From: Spirochaetota bacterium
GTDB lineage: Bacteria; Spirochaetota; UBA12135; COTS27; CBDBHE01
Assembly: GCA_965205605.1 (NCBI GenBank)
Contig: CBDBHE010000008.1
Location: 32,001 to 96,000 of the forward strand
Reading direction: 5' to 3'
DNA length: 64,000 nucleotides
This document shows positions 31,934 through 41,456 of the stretch, piece after piece. Under the pieces are notes generated by a model that was not told the DNA's origin, ran no database searches, and worked only from the letters and a program-made list of their open reading frames with translations. The translations under genes were made by a program, and so were the position numbers. Position 1 is the stretch's first letter, and each line of letters opens with the position of its first letter.

Positions 31934-33289
31934 TTAATCAATTGCTTTTTTTTGACTTCTTAAAAGAAAAGCATAAATAACATAAATAGATAAAATAGAA
32001 AAATGAGCATGTTGAAAATTAGAATCTGTAAACCCATTTCCTAAAAACATCATTAAACCCAATAAAAAACCTAATGGATAAGAGTTTTGACTTTTTTGGA
32101 AAAATTTTAAATAAGTCCACCCCACTATAAACAACATTAAGTAATAAGTAAAAAATCCAATAAAGCCTATTTGAGCCCAAAGACCTATAAAATCATTATG
32201 AGGAAGCTCAACTTTTAATTGATAAAAATTGTTAAAATAACCATCAAGAATCGGAAATTTTTTCATAGGTTGATAATTCTCTACCATATAGTCAATAAAT
32301 GAACACATTCCAACTCCCGTCAAAGGGTATTCTTTTATCATTTGCAGCCCATGTTTTATCCAAAAAACTCGATCTAACGTTTGAGGATCTAACTTAGTTA
32401 AATCTTTTGTTACAATACTAAAATATACTTTCTGAAGTCTTCCTTTAAAAATTGTTTTATCACTTGTAGAAATAAAAATAAAAAAAACAATACTTAATAA
32501 AAAAAAACTTCCTAAAATTTTTTTCTTATGTTTTTTTAAAAAGAAAAAACTTATAAAAATAAGGAACAAAAACCAAATTATTAGAGTTCTTGCCCAAGTT
32601 AAAATAAAAGTAATTAAAAACAGTAAAATTAAAACTAAAAACAAAAAATGTTTTTTGTTTTTAGAAGAAAAATAATTACCTCCTATTAAAGAAAAAAAAC
32701 AAACAAAAATCATCTGAGATAAAAAAGAAGCTAAAGCAATAAAATGATGTATCGATCTTAATCGACTATCATGATAGTTAAAACCTAGAAAACGAAGTAA
32801 TAATCCTTTCAGAAATAAAAAATCAATTAGCCCAATAAGACAATTAATCGCTAAGCCTAGTATCCCAACAAAAACTAGTTTTTTAAAAAAGAAAATCTTT
32901 TTTTGAAAAAGAAAAAAATAACCTAAAACACCTACTAAAGGGAAAAAAAAACCTGTCCATAATTTCGACATTCTACTGAAATAAATATCTGGTCTTAAGT
33001 TTGTTTTTCGGTAAAAATAAGAAAACAATATCCAGCACATTAAAAAACAAACGACTAAAAAAAACTTATCGAAATATTTTACTAATTGAGTCCGTTTTTC
33101 TTTAAAAAACAAAGCAACAAACAAAACTAAAAGACACCCATAAGTCCCCAGTTCTTGTAAAGATCTGGAAAGAAAAATACCAAAAAATAAAGTATAACAA
33201 AAAAAACAGCCCAAATGATTTAATAAAGAATCTATTTGCCCTTTTTTTAAAAAAACAAACGGAAAAAAAAATAATCTTAATTTTGACAT
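31934..33289 (-). CDS. O-antigen ligase (WaaL-like) family protein
   Basis: Multi-TM protein with LTWAR, RVFW...YPLTGVG, PHNDF...QIGFIG. Confidence 0.85.
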   Translation of the reverse strand: MSKLRLFFFPFVFLKKGQIDSLLNHLGCFFCYTLFFGIFLSRSLQELGTYGCLLVLFVALFFKEKRTQLVKYFDKFFLVVCFLMCWILFSYFYRKTNLRPDIYFSRMSKLWTGFFFPLVGVLGYFFLFQKKIFFFKKLVFVGILGLAINCLIGLIDFLFLKGLLLRFLGFNYHDSRLRSIHHFIALASFLSQMIFVCFFSLIGGNYFSSKNKKHFLFLVLILLFLITFILTWARTLIIWFLFLIFISFFFLKKHKKKILGSFFLLSIVFFIFISTSDKTIFKGRLQKVYFSIVTKDLTKLDPQTLDRVFWIKHGLQMIKEYPLTGVGMCSFIDYMVENYQPMKKFPILDGYFNNFYQLKVELPHNDFIGLWAQIGFIGFFTYYLMLFIVGWTYLKFFQKSQNSYPLGFLLGLMMFLGNGFTDSNFQHAHFSILSIYVIYAFLLRSQKKAID

Positions 33290-33315
33290 CTTTTAAAAAA
33301 CAAACCTCTAATCAT

Positions 33316-34455
33316 TTACTTTAAAATAGTTTCAATAATTTTACGAACATTCTCTACTTTAATTTTTTCCATACATCCTCCCTGAGCACAAGCATACTCA
33401 AAGCCTAAAGACAAACAAGGCGAACACCAAAAAGAGCTTTTTAAATTATAAACATTTTTTTTTTTACTCAAAGCTCCCCACCTTGTAGTTGCCGTAGGTC
33501 CATTTAAAGCAATTGTGTTAATTCCTATTGTAGCACCTAAATGCATTATACCTGTATTAACAGTGATTAGTAATTTTGCTCGACTTAAAAGAAAGGCTGC
33601 CTCTTCCCATTTTAAAATCCCCACAAAAGAAATGATCTTATTTTCGTCTTCTTCTTCTTTTTCCAAAAGACTTTTGATAAACAAATTTGTTTTTTCTGCA
33701 TCATCTTTGCCTCCAGTAATACAAATAAAATAATTTTTTTGTATTAAAAAATCTTTGATTTCTTCCCAAAAAGAAACAGGCCACTGTTTAAAATGTGCTT
33801 TTTGTCCACTGGCAAATGGATTAAAAACAACTATTTTTTTATTAACAATTTGATTAGCATTTTTAAATTTTTTATAAGAATTTTGATTTAATTGAGGTAA
33901 GTATTTTTCTGTTTGTAGACCCATTAAATGAAGTAAGCTTCGATAATTGTCCATTTCATGCACCGTGTCTTTATGCACAATATAACGATCATAAACATAA
34001 TGACGAAACATATTTTTTCGTCTAAAACCTATTTTAAATTGAGCTCTAGAAAAAAAAGTTAAAACCGAATTAATTTTAGGCCAAGCAGCAAAATCAATTA
34101 ATAAATCATACCGCTCACTTCTTCTAATTTTCATAAGGGAAGAAAAAGGATGCGAAAAATCAAATACTAAAAATTGATCGATTCCTTTTAAAAGAGGAAA
34201 TATGCCTTGATTACTATTGGTGCCTAAAAAAGCAATTTGAGATTTAGGAAAATGATTTTTAAGCTCAAGAGCAATCGCTGAAAGCAAAATAGCATCCCCT
34301 ACTGCTCCTGTTTTAATAAAAAGAATTTTACTATTTTTTCTTAAAACAATCGATTTTTTTTTAATCCTAAAAAAACCTAAAAAAAAAACTAAAGGAATCG
34401 CAAAATAACGATCTACTAATTTAAGTAATCGATTTCCTCTTTCTTTTAACATCAA
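33316..34455 (-). CDS. Glycosyltransferase family 9 (heptosyltransferase-like)
   Basis: KTGAVGDAIL, KQWP, TVNTGIMHLG, LNGPT, CSPC...CM. Confidence 0.9.
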   Translation of the reverse strand: MMLKERGNRLLKLVDRYFAIPLVFFLGFFRIKKKSIVLRKNSKILFIKTGAVGDAILLSAIALELKNHFPKSQIAFLGTNSNQGIFPLLKGIDQFLVFDFSHPFSSLMKIRRSERYDLLIDFAAWPKINSVLTFFSRAQFKIGFRRKNMFRHYVYDRYIVHKDTVHEMDNYRSLLHLMGLQTEKYLPQLNQNSYKKFKNANQIVNKKIVVFNPFASGQKAHFKQWPVSFWEEIKDFLIQKNYFICITGGKDDAEKTNLFIKSLLEKEEEDENKIISFVGILKWEEAAFLLSRAKLLITVNTGIMHLGATIGINTIALNGPTATTRWGALSKKKNVYNLKSSFWCSPCLSLGFEYACAQGGCMEKIKVENVRKIIETILK

Positions 34456-34459
34456 TGGA

Positions 34460-35554
34460 TTAGCTAGCCTTCTTGTTTAAAATCAAATCACAAGTTTTGC
34501 TTACTTGCTTCACAGTAATACTTTGCATACAAATAGGATTTTTACATCCTTTAAATTTTCCTTGATAACACGGACTACAAGTTATTTTAGATTCTAAAAT
34601 TATACTGTTATGTGATAAAGGAGCTTTTTCTTTAGGATCAGTTGGTCCAAAAATAGAAATAATAGGGACATCCATACTTGCTGCAAGGTGCATCCCTCCT
34701 GTATCTCCTGTGAGAAATACATGAGCTTCTTTTAAAAAAAAGCTAAATTCTTTTAAAGAAAGTTTCGCACAAAGATTAATCATTTTTGCTTTAGAAGATT
34801 GTTTCAAAACAGAATTTTTAATTTCCTCACAAAGACTTTCATCAGCTTTTCCTCCAACAAGAAAAAAAATTTCCTTTTCATCAGAAGGCTTCTTTAATCG
34901 ATCACAAATAAAATCGATATACATTTCTTTTGGCCATCTTCTAACCGTGACTGATTCTCCTGGATTACTGCCTCCACCAGGATTAATAAAAATGTTCTTT
35001 TCTTTTTTTTTCAAAAAATAAGCTTTTTTAATTTGTTTCAAGGTTTTATTAAAAGAAGTCTGACCTGTAAAAAAATCTAATTTTTTACTCTCTTTTACAA
35101 AATTAGTAGAATCAACTAAACGTAAAAACTCTTTAATATGATGTTCTCTGTCTTGAAAAAAATCCTTTAAAAATAAAGGGATTTTTAAAAAAGAAACCCA
35201 TTTTATAAAAGAGATTTTTTTTCCCTTTATAAGAGAAAAAAACAAATAAAGTAATTTATTTCGATGAAAAAAATAAATACACTCATATTTATTTTGATAA
35301 AGTTTCCAAAAAAGCTTTGCTAAAAGGCTCAGCTTTCTTTCATAAAATAAAGCATCATCAACAACAATTATTTGATCAATTAAAGGATTGTTTTCTAAAA
35401 CTTGATGCGACCAATTACCAACCAAATAATGAATCGTGCTTTTAGGGTGTGTTTTTTTTATCAAACGAAGCGCTGGTGTTGTCATTAAAACATCACCAAT
35501 AGCTCCTAGCTTAATAATAAGAATTTTCGCCTTTTTAGTAGGCATTTTTATCAA
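34460..35554 (-). CDS. Glycosyltransferase family 9 (WaaF-like)
   Basis: IKLGAIGDVLMTTP, RRWP, GDTGGMHLAA, IFGPTDP, CSPC. Confidence 0.92.
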   Translation of the reverse strand: MIKMPTKKAKILIIKLGAIGDVLMTTPALRLIKKTHPKSTIHYLVGNWSHQVLENNPLIDQIIVVDDALFYERKLSLLAKLFWKLYQNKYECIYFFHRNKLLYLFFSLIKGKKISFIKWVSFLKIPLFLKDFFQDREHHIKEFLRLVDSTNFVKESKKLDFFTGQTSFNKTLKQIKKAYFLKKKEKNIFINPGGGSNPGESVTVRRWPKEMYIDFICDRLKKPSDEKEIFFLVGGKADESLCEEIKNSVLKQSSKAKMINLCAKLSLKEFSFFLKEAHVFLTGDTGGMHLAASMDVPIISIFGPTDPKEKAPLSHNSIILESKITCSPCYQGKFKGCKNPICMQSITVKQVSKTCDLILNKKAS

Positions 35555-36938
35555 AAAAAACTTTGTAAGCTGTATTTAAAATAATTTTTATATCAAAAAG
35601 CAAAGTCCAGTTATCAATATAGTAAACATCAAACTCAATTCTTTTTTCAATTGATGTGTTTCCGCGCAATCCATTAATTTGAGCCCACCCTGTAATCCCT
35701 GACTTCATTTTATGTCTTAACATGTACCTAGGAACTACAAGTTTGAACTGTTCAATAAAATAAGGCCTCTCGGGTCTAGGGCCAACAACAGACATTTGAC
35801 CAAGTAAAACATTAAAAAATTGCGGAATTTCATCTAAAGAAGTTTTTCTTAAAAATTTCCCTAATTTTGTTGCTCGTTTTTCCCCTATTTTAGACCAAAT
35901 AGGCCCTGTTTTTGTTTCAAAATTTACTGGCATCGTACGAAATTTAATAATCTTAAATACTTTATTATCAAGCCCTGCTCTTTTTTGTAAATAAAAAATA
36001 GAGCCTCTAGAATCAAATTTAATTAAAATAGCAATTAAAATAAACAAAGGAGAAAAAGAAATTAAAAACAAAATAGAAAAAATAATATCAAAAGTTCTTT
36101 TTGAAAATTGATCCCACCCATACATAGGACTATCGACTAAACTAATAACCGGCACTCCTCCAATATTACTGATATCACTATTAAGCAACATATCATACTG
36201 ATAAATATCAGGAACAAACATCACTGAAACCGAACATCGCTTCAACGTATTTAAAATACTTGTAAGTCGACTATAGTAACCCCAATCAAGACTAATAAAA
36301 ACATGATTAATTTGATACTTTTTTAAAACTTCTTCTAAGCGATTAATAGAACCAATTAATTGAAAATTTTTATTTATTTTCTTTGAAGGATTATCTAAAA
36401 AACCAACCACTCGGTACCCAAACCAAAACTCTTCTTTTAGCTTTTGACTAATTTTCATTCCAACAGCACCTGCTCCAATAATTAAAACATTTTTAGTATT
36501 AATTCCTTTTTTTCTTAAATAACGTAGTAATCGCCTAAAAAAAAAACGAGAAGAAGTTAAAAGAATAACACTAATCATCCAAAAATAAACAATAATAATT
36601 CTTGAATACCCAGGTCCTTTTTTCATTAAAAAAATAAAAATAATAAACAAACTTAAAGCAATACTCACCCCTTTAAAAACTTTAGGAGCTTCAAAAATAA
36701 CCCAAGCCCCTCTTTTGATTTTATACAAATCAAAAAGCATAAACACACTAATACAAACAGGAATAAAAATATACATCATTTGAAAATAAATTTCTTTAGA
36801 GGGAAACCCATAAATTAAAGGAAGCCAATTTTTAGTTTGAATTCTAAGTTGATAAGATAAATAAATACTAGAAAGTAAAAGAAAAGAATCAACTAAAATA
36901 AGTAAAAAAGTATAAGGGTGAAAATATTTTTTAAACAA
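35535..36938 (-). CDS. wcaJ: Undecaprenyl-phosphate glucose phosphotransferase
   Basis: Four N-terminal TMs, IIGAG, KRTFDI, KFRTM, LDEIPQFFNV, SVVGPRPERP, GITGWAQINGLRG. Confidence 0.9.
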   Translation of the reverse strand: MFKKYFHPYTFLLILVDSFLLLSSIYLSYQLRIQTKNWLPLIYGFPSKEIYFQMMYIFIPVCISVFMLFDLYKIKRGAWVIFEAPKVFKGVSIALSLFIIFIFLMKKGPGYSRIIIVYFWMISVILLTSSRFFFRRLLRYLRKKGINTKNVLIIGAGAVGMKISQKLKEEFWFGYRVVGFLDNPSKKINKNFQLIGSINRLEEVLKKYQINHVFISLDWGYYSRLTSILNTLKRCSVSVMFVPDIYQYDMLLNSDISNIGGVPVISLVDSPMYGWDQFSKRTFDIIFSILFLISFSPLFILIAILIKFDSRGSIFYLQKRAGLDNKVFKIIKFRTMPVNFETKTGPIWSKIGEKRATKLGKFLRKTSLDEIPQFFNVLLGQMSVVGPRPERPYFIEQFKLVVPRYMLRHKMKSGITGWAQINGLRGNTSIEKRIEFDVYYIDNWTLLFDIKIILNTAYKVFFDKNAY

Positions 36939-37107
36939 AAAAGCCTCTAAAAGTTTCTTTTAACGTCTATTTTATAATGAAATAAATGATTTTTTGGCTT
37001 AGATTAAGTAAAATGAAAAATTATAAGATATTAGTTTTTTTTTCAAAATAGTTTTTTATTAATTTTTTAATGTTAGAATGACAAAATAAAATTTATAGGA
37101 TTAGTCA

Positions 37108-37446
37108 ATGGAAGCAAGTTCTATTAGTAAAAATACAATTGTAGAAGGACGAATTGAAACAACCGATCTTTTAAAAATTGATGGCACCTTTAAAGGTGAA
37201 AACATTAAAACAAATAAAATTATCGCAGGCAAAGACGCTATTATTGAAGCAAATATTCAAGTTGAAAACATCTCAATTGCAGGAAAAATAATTGGGAATA
37301 TTGTAGCAAGTAAAAGTGTTGATATTAGTCAAATAGGTAGTGTGGTTGGAAACATTACATCTCCTATCTTAAACATGGCACCTGGATGTAAATTCAAAGG
37401 AAATTGTACTATTACAGTAGATGAAAACAAATCAAATGACGATTAA
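37108..37446 (+). CDS. Bactofilin (polymer-forming cytoskeletal protein)
   Basis: Repeating hydrophobic-x-G beta-helix pattern (IVEGRI, LKIDGTFKG, IAGKIIGNI, VVGNI, FKGNC). Confidence 0.9.
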   Translation: MEASSISKNTIVEGRIETTDLLKIDGTFKGENIKTNKIIAGKDAIIEANIQVENISIAGKIIGNIVASKSVDISQIGSVVGNITSPILNMAPGCKFKGNCTITVDENKSNDD

Positions 37447-37467
37447 ATAAAAAATAATTTTATTTAA

Positions 37468-38336
37468 TTAAAGACGGCAATTCTTAATATTTAACTCTAA
37501 AATTCCTGTTGCTCCTATTGTTTCTAACAAATCAATCATCTCAAATACTTTATCTTTAAGAACTAAAGCTCGAATAGAAAGTAAGTCTTCATCATCTAAA
37601 GGCAAAACAGTTGGTGAGTTATAACCAGGTGTAATTTTCTCAACTATTTTTAATTTTTCTTTAGGAATATTATACTCCAACATGCTATAAGAACGAGCAA
37701 TTAAAATCCCTTCCAATTTTTTTTAAAATGCAAAATTTCTTTTTTATTTGCCATTTCTTTTGTCGTAAATAAACTACATTCATAACTCTCCAAAGGTTCA
37801 ATAACTTTAAGATGATTGCTTTTTAAACTATCACCTGTTTCAACTAAATCAACAATGAAATCACAAACCCCAAGAGCAATCATAATTTCAACACTTCCAC
37901 TCATAGGAATAATAGAAACTTTTATTTTTTTTTCTTTAAAATAATTGGCTGTTAAATTTGGAAAAGAAGTTGCAACTATTTTTCCAGATAATTGAGAAAT
38001 CTCTCGGTAAATAAAGTCTTTTTTAGTGATAATAGCTAGTTTACAGATTCCATAATTAAGTTTTAAGAGATTTTGTAATACTCCCACTTTATATTCAACT
38101 ACAAGGTCTTCGCCTGTAATACCAAGGTCAATGGCCTCTTTGCTAATTAAAGTAGGAATATCAGCAGCTCTTACAAAGATAAACTCAATTTCTGCATTCA
38201 AACAAGTCGCATACAAGGCCTTATTTCGCAATCGAAAAATATACCCCGCTTCTTTTAAAATAAAAACACTGGGCTCAAAAAGTCTTCCTTTTTTAGGAAT
38301 TCCAATTTTTAATTTTGAAGGATCCAAAAAACTCAT
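37468..38336 (-). CDS. hisG: ATP phosphoribosyltransferase, long form, split by a -1 frameshift at an A8 run (37717-37724)
   Basis: 38336-37701 holds IPKKGRL, DLGITGED, GSVE, DLVETG. The -1 frame (37716-37468) continues LEGILIARSY..ITPGYNSPTV..GATGILE, the HisG C-terminal domain. Confidence 0.93.
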
Positions 38337-38341
38337 TGAAA

Positions 38342-38671
38342 TTATTTACGCCTTTGTTTTTCTTCTAAACCACTAGTACCAAATCGTTTTGAAAACTCCA
38401 AAAGTAAATCATCAAAGCAAATCTCAAAATAAGAAGCAAGAACAAAAACATGAAATAAAAGATCCACAATCTCATAAATCATTTTATCTTTTTGATAGTT
38501 TTTTTCTTTCATAGATTCTTGGCAAAGTTCAATAGTTTCTTCGATGATTTTTTTATTCATTTCTTTAGTCCCTTTTTTCATAAGGAAAGCAACATATGAT
38601 TGATCACTGGCCGTTTCTTTTCTTTTTTCAAGAACATCAAAAAGTTTAAATAAAATAGAAGGATCTGACAT
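38342..38671 (-). CDS. hisE: Phosphoribosyl-ATP pyrophosphatase
   Basis: SYVAFL, KKIIEE, YEIVDLLFH, RFGTSGLEEK. Confidence 0.93.
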   Translation of the reverse strand: MSDPSILFKLFDVLEKRKETASDQSYVAFLMKKGTKEMNKKIIEETIELCQESMKEKNYQKDKMIYEIVDLLFHVFVLASYFEICFDDLLLEFSKRFGTSGLEEKQRRK

Positions 38672-38736
38672 GAATTTAAAACAAAGTCTAAAAAGTTTTG
38701 TATTATACTCTTATTTACTTTTATTTAATTAAAAAC

Positions 38737-40938
38737 CTAAACCTTAAGAATAGATAAAAGTTCTTCTTTACTAGAAGCTTCAAGAAGCTTGTTTCGATAA
38801 GACTGATTCATTAAAAAGTTGGCAACTCTTGATAAAATAGCTAAATGCTTTTGAATATCATTAGAGGGGATTAAATTGAAAAAAATAAGTTTCACCGGTT
38901 TTTCATGACTTTTTTCAAATTTAATAGGAGTCGATAATTTAACAACACACAAAATAGAAGCTTTGATTTCTTTTAAAAACAAATGAGGGAATAAAATTTC
39001 TTCATCTAAACTAGTAAACTCTTGCTTATTTTTAGATAAAAATTCATTTAAAACAAAGTCTTTTGATATAGCAGGGTATTTACTAACAATCTTTTTAAGT
39101 AGAAAATTTAAAACTCCCTTATAATCTTTAATTGAAGAATAAAAAACAAATTTATCTTTTTTAATTAAATCCATAATAGATTCTTTTTTTCTAGAAAGGT
39201 ATAAAGAAACAACAGGTTGTTTTTTTTCAATTAATGAATTTCTTTCATCTTTATTAAAAATCACTTTTCTATCAACAATGCCCAATAAAAAAAATTTATC
39301 TCTAATGTTTTTTTTATTATTATTTACAACATGAAGATTCGTATTTAAATTTTGAATTTCATCGGAAATAACAGAAAGTTTTGGAAAATTAGTCCAAATA
39401 GATTTACCAATCCTTTCTAAAAAAGTATCTTGATTGCCTCCAAAACTAACCCAACAATAAACATTTTTTCTTCCAACCATTTTTGACCATTGTTGACATA
39501 AAAGGGTGTTTAGTTCTTCATTATCTGTAAGAGCTAAAACAATTCCTACTTCTGAAAAACGCTCATCTTCTAATAAATTAGGGTCCATCGAATCTTCTAA
39601 AAAAACCGTATAGCCTTTTTTTCTAGCCGCATCAACTTTGCTTTTATTTCTATCAAGAAAAATAATTTCTTTTTTACCTTTACTAATTAAAAAATCAGCA
39701 ATATTTTCTGAAAAAAGATGAATCCCTATCACCAAACAACTATTTAATTGGCTTCTTTTTACCTTAAGTACTTTGGCCACTAATCCCGCTGTAAATCCTT
39801 GAACGATAACGGTTGTTGTGATCACCATAAAAGTAAAAGTTTCAAGAAACCAAGTGCCTTCAACCCCTTGATCCTTTAAACTAACACTAAAAAGTGTTGC
39901 TATAGATGCTGCAATGACTCCTCTAGGAGCAATCCAAGAAATAAAAAGTTTATCTCTTAAACTTAAACCACTTTTAAAAGTTGATAAAAAAACAGAAAGA
40001 GGCCTAGCAACTAAAATTACAAATAAAATAAGCCATATTCCCCTAAAACCAAATAACTTGAAATTAAGAATATTAATTTTTGAAGACAGTAAAATAAACA
40101 CAATAGCGATAAAAATCTGAGTTAATTCTAATTTGAATTTCCTTAGATTTTCCATTGGAATCGGTTTTTTAATCCCAATAATTAATCCTGCTACAACAAC
40201 AGCAAGTAAACCTGATTCTTTAACAATAAAGTCACAAACCCCAAAAGTCGTTAAAGCAATGCCTAAAACAAAAATATTCGTCAAATCTCGTGGAATAATA
40301 TTTCGTTTTAAAAGAAAGTAAGATAAAAACCCAAAAACACAACCCAAAATAATGCCTGTAAGAAATTGTAAAAAAAACTGAGAAATAGCAACAAAAGCAA
40401 ACTCTTTTCCCACAATCTCAAAACATAAAATAGCAATGAAAACTCCAATAGGGTCATTTAAAACTCCTTCCCAATGTAAAATTTGATTGATATCTTTTTT
40501 AGGTTTCACTCTACGTAAAAGAGGAAGGATAACAGTAGGCCCTGTTACAATAACCAAACTACCTGCCAAAAGAGAAAAAGAAATCGAATAAGAAAAAATA
40601 AAATAGATAAATAACGAAATCGATAACCACGTCGTTAAAATACCAACACTAAGCAACCTTCTAATCACCTTGTTTAAATTTCTATAGTTAGAATAATCTA
40701 AGGTTAAACCTCCTTCAAAAAGAATAATCGCAACAGAAATAGAAATAAAGACTCTTAAAAAAGGACCAAAAACATCAACATCAATAACCCCCAGTCCTTC
40801 TTCCCCAAATAATACCCCTACTATAATTAGTAGTGGTATCGATGGAATACGTAGTTTCCTAGAGAAAACTAGTGTAAATACTCCTAAAGAAACACAAAAA
40901 ACAATCGTCTTTAAAATTAATTCATAAGAATGTATCAT
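38737..40938 (-). CDS. CPA1 (NhaP-type) cation:proton antiporter with RCK-like and PTS EIIA(Ntr/Fru)-like domains
   Basis: ILFEGGL, TGPTVI, WEGVLNDPIG, APRGVIAA. Rossmann-like LVIG...LALTDNEELN. C-terminal ILFPHL..PVKLIF..HLAILSRVA. Confidence 0.88.
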   Translation of the reverse strand: MIHSYELILKTIVFCVSLGVFTLVFSRKLRIPSIPLLIIVGVLFGEEGLGVIDVDVFGPFLRVFISISVAIILFEGGLTLDYSNYRNLNKVIRRLLSVGILTTWLSISLFIYFIFSYSISFSLLAGSLVIVTGPTVILPLLRRVKPKKDINQILHWEGVLNDPIGVFIAILCFEIVGKEFAFVAISQFFLQFLTGIILGCVFGFLSYFLLKRNIIPRDLTNIFVLGIALTTFGVCDFIVKESGLLAVVVAGLIIGIKKPIPMENLRKFKLELTQIFIAIVFILLSSKINILNFKLFGFRGIWLILFVILVARPLSVFLSTFKSGLSLRDKLFISWIAPRGVIAASIATLFSVSLKDQGVEGTWFLETFTFMVITTTVIVQGFTAGLVAKVLKVKRSQLNSCLVIGIHLFSENIADFLISKGKKEIIFLDRNKSKVDAARKKGYTVFLEDSMDPNLLEDERFSEVGIVLALTDNEELNTLLCQQWSKMVGRKNVYCWVSFGGNQDTFLERIGKSIWTNFPKLSVISDEIQNLNTNLHVVNNNKKNIRDKFFLLGIVDRKVIFNKDERNSLIEKKQPVVSLYLSRKKESIMDLIKKDKFVFYSSIKDYKGVLNFLLKKIVSKYPAISKDFVLNEFLSKNKQEFTSLDEEILFPHLFLKEIKASILCVVKLSTPIKFEKSHEKPVKLIFFNLIPSNDIQKHLAILSRVANFLMNQSYRNKLLEASSKEELLSILKV

Positions 40939-40994
40939 AATAAAAAAATCACTTATATTAACAAATTAAATCAAAATCATCTTACTATAAGGTA

Positions 40995-41342
40995 GTGTTT
41001 AAAAAAAATCACTTGAATCCACTCACTCCCTTTCAAAAAAAACTTTTTACGCTTATAAAAAAAATCCCTAAAGGCAAAGTAAGCACTTATAAACAAGTTG
41101 CCAAAAAACTTGATTCCTCTCCTCGAGCAGTTGGTCAAGCTTTAAAAAAAAATCCTTTTGCTCCTTTAATCCCTTGTCATCGAGTGATTAAAAGTGATTT
41201 TTCTATAGGTGGCTACGAAGGAAGCTTACAAAACAATCAAGTACAGCAAAAATTAAACCTTTTAAAAAAAGAAAAAGTACTGTTTCAGTTTAAAGTCTTA
41301 AAAGATAAATCAAAAGTATATTATTTTAATAAAAAAAAATAA
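40995..41342 (+). CDS. Methylated-DNA-protein-cysteine methyltransferase (single-domain Ogt/MGMT family)
   Basis: IPKGKVSTY, RAVGQAL, NPFAPLIPCHRV. Confidence 0.9.
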   Translation: MFKKNHLNPLTPFQKKLFTLIKKIPKGKVSTYKQVAKKLDSSPRAVGQALKKNPFAPLIPCHRVIKSDFSIGGYEGSLQNNQVQQKLNLLKKEKVLFQFKVLKDKSKVYYFNKKK

Positions 41343-41456
41343 TTTAAAAAAAATTAAATTTTTTCTACAGATAAGAATTACTTTAGAGATACAACTAATT
41401 AACCGATTTATATAATATCAATTATTTCTACAAAATAATGTTTATAAAGAAACATT

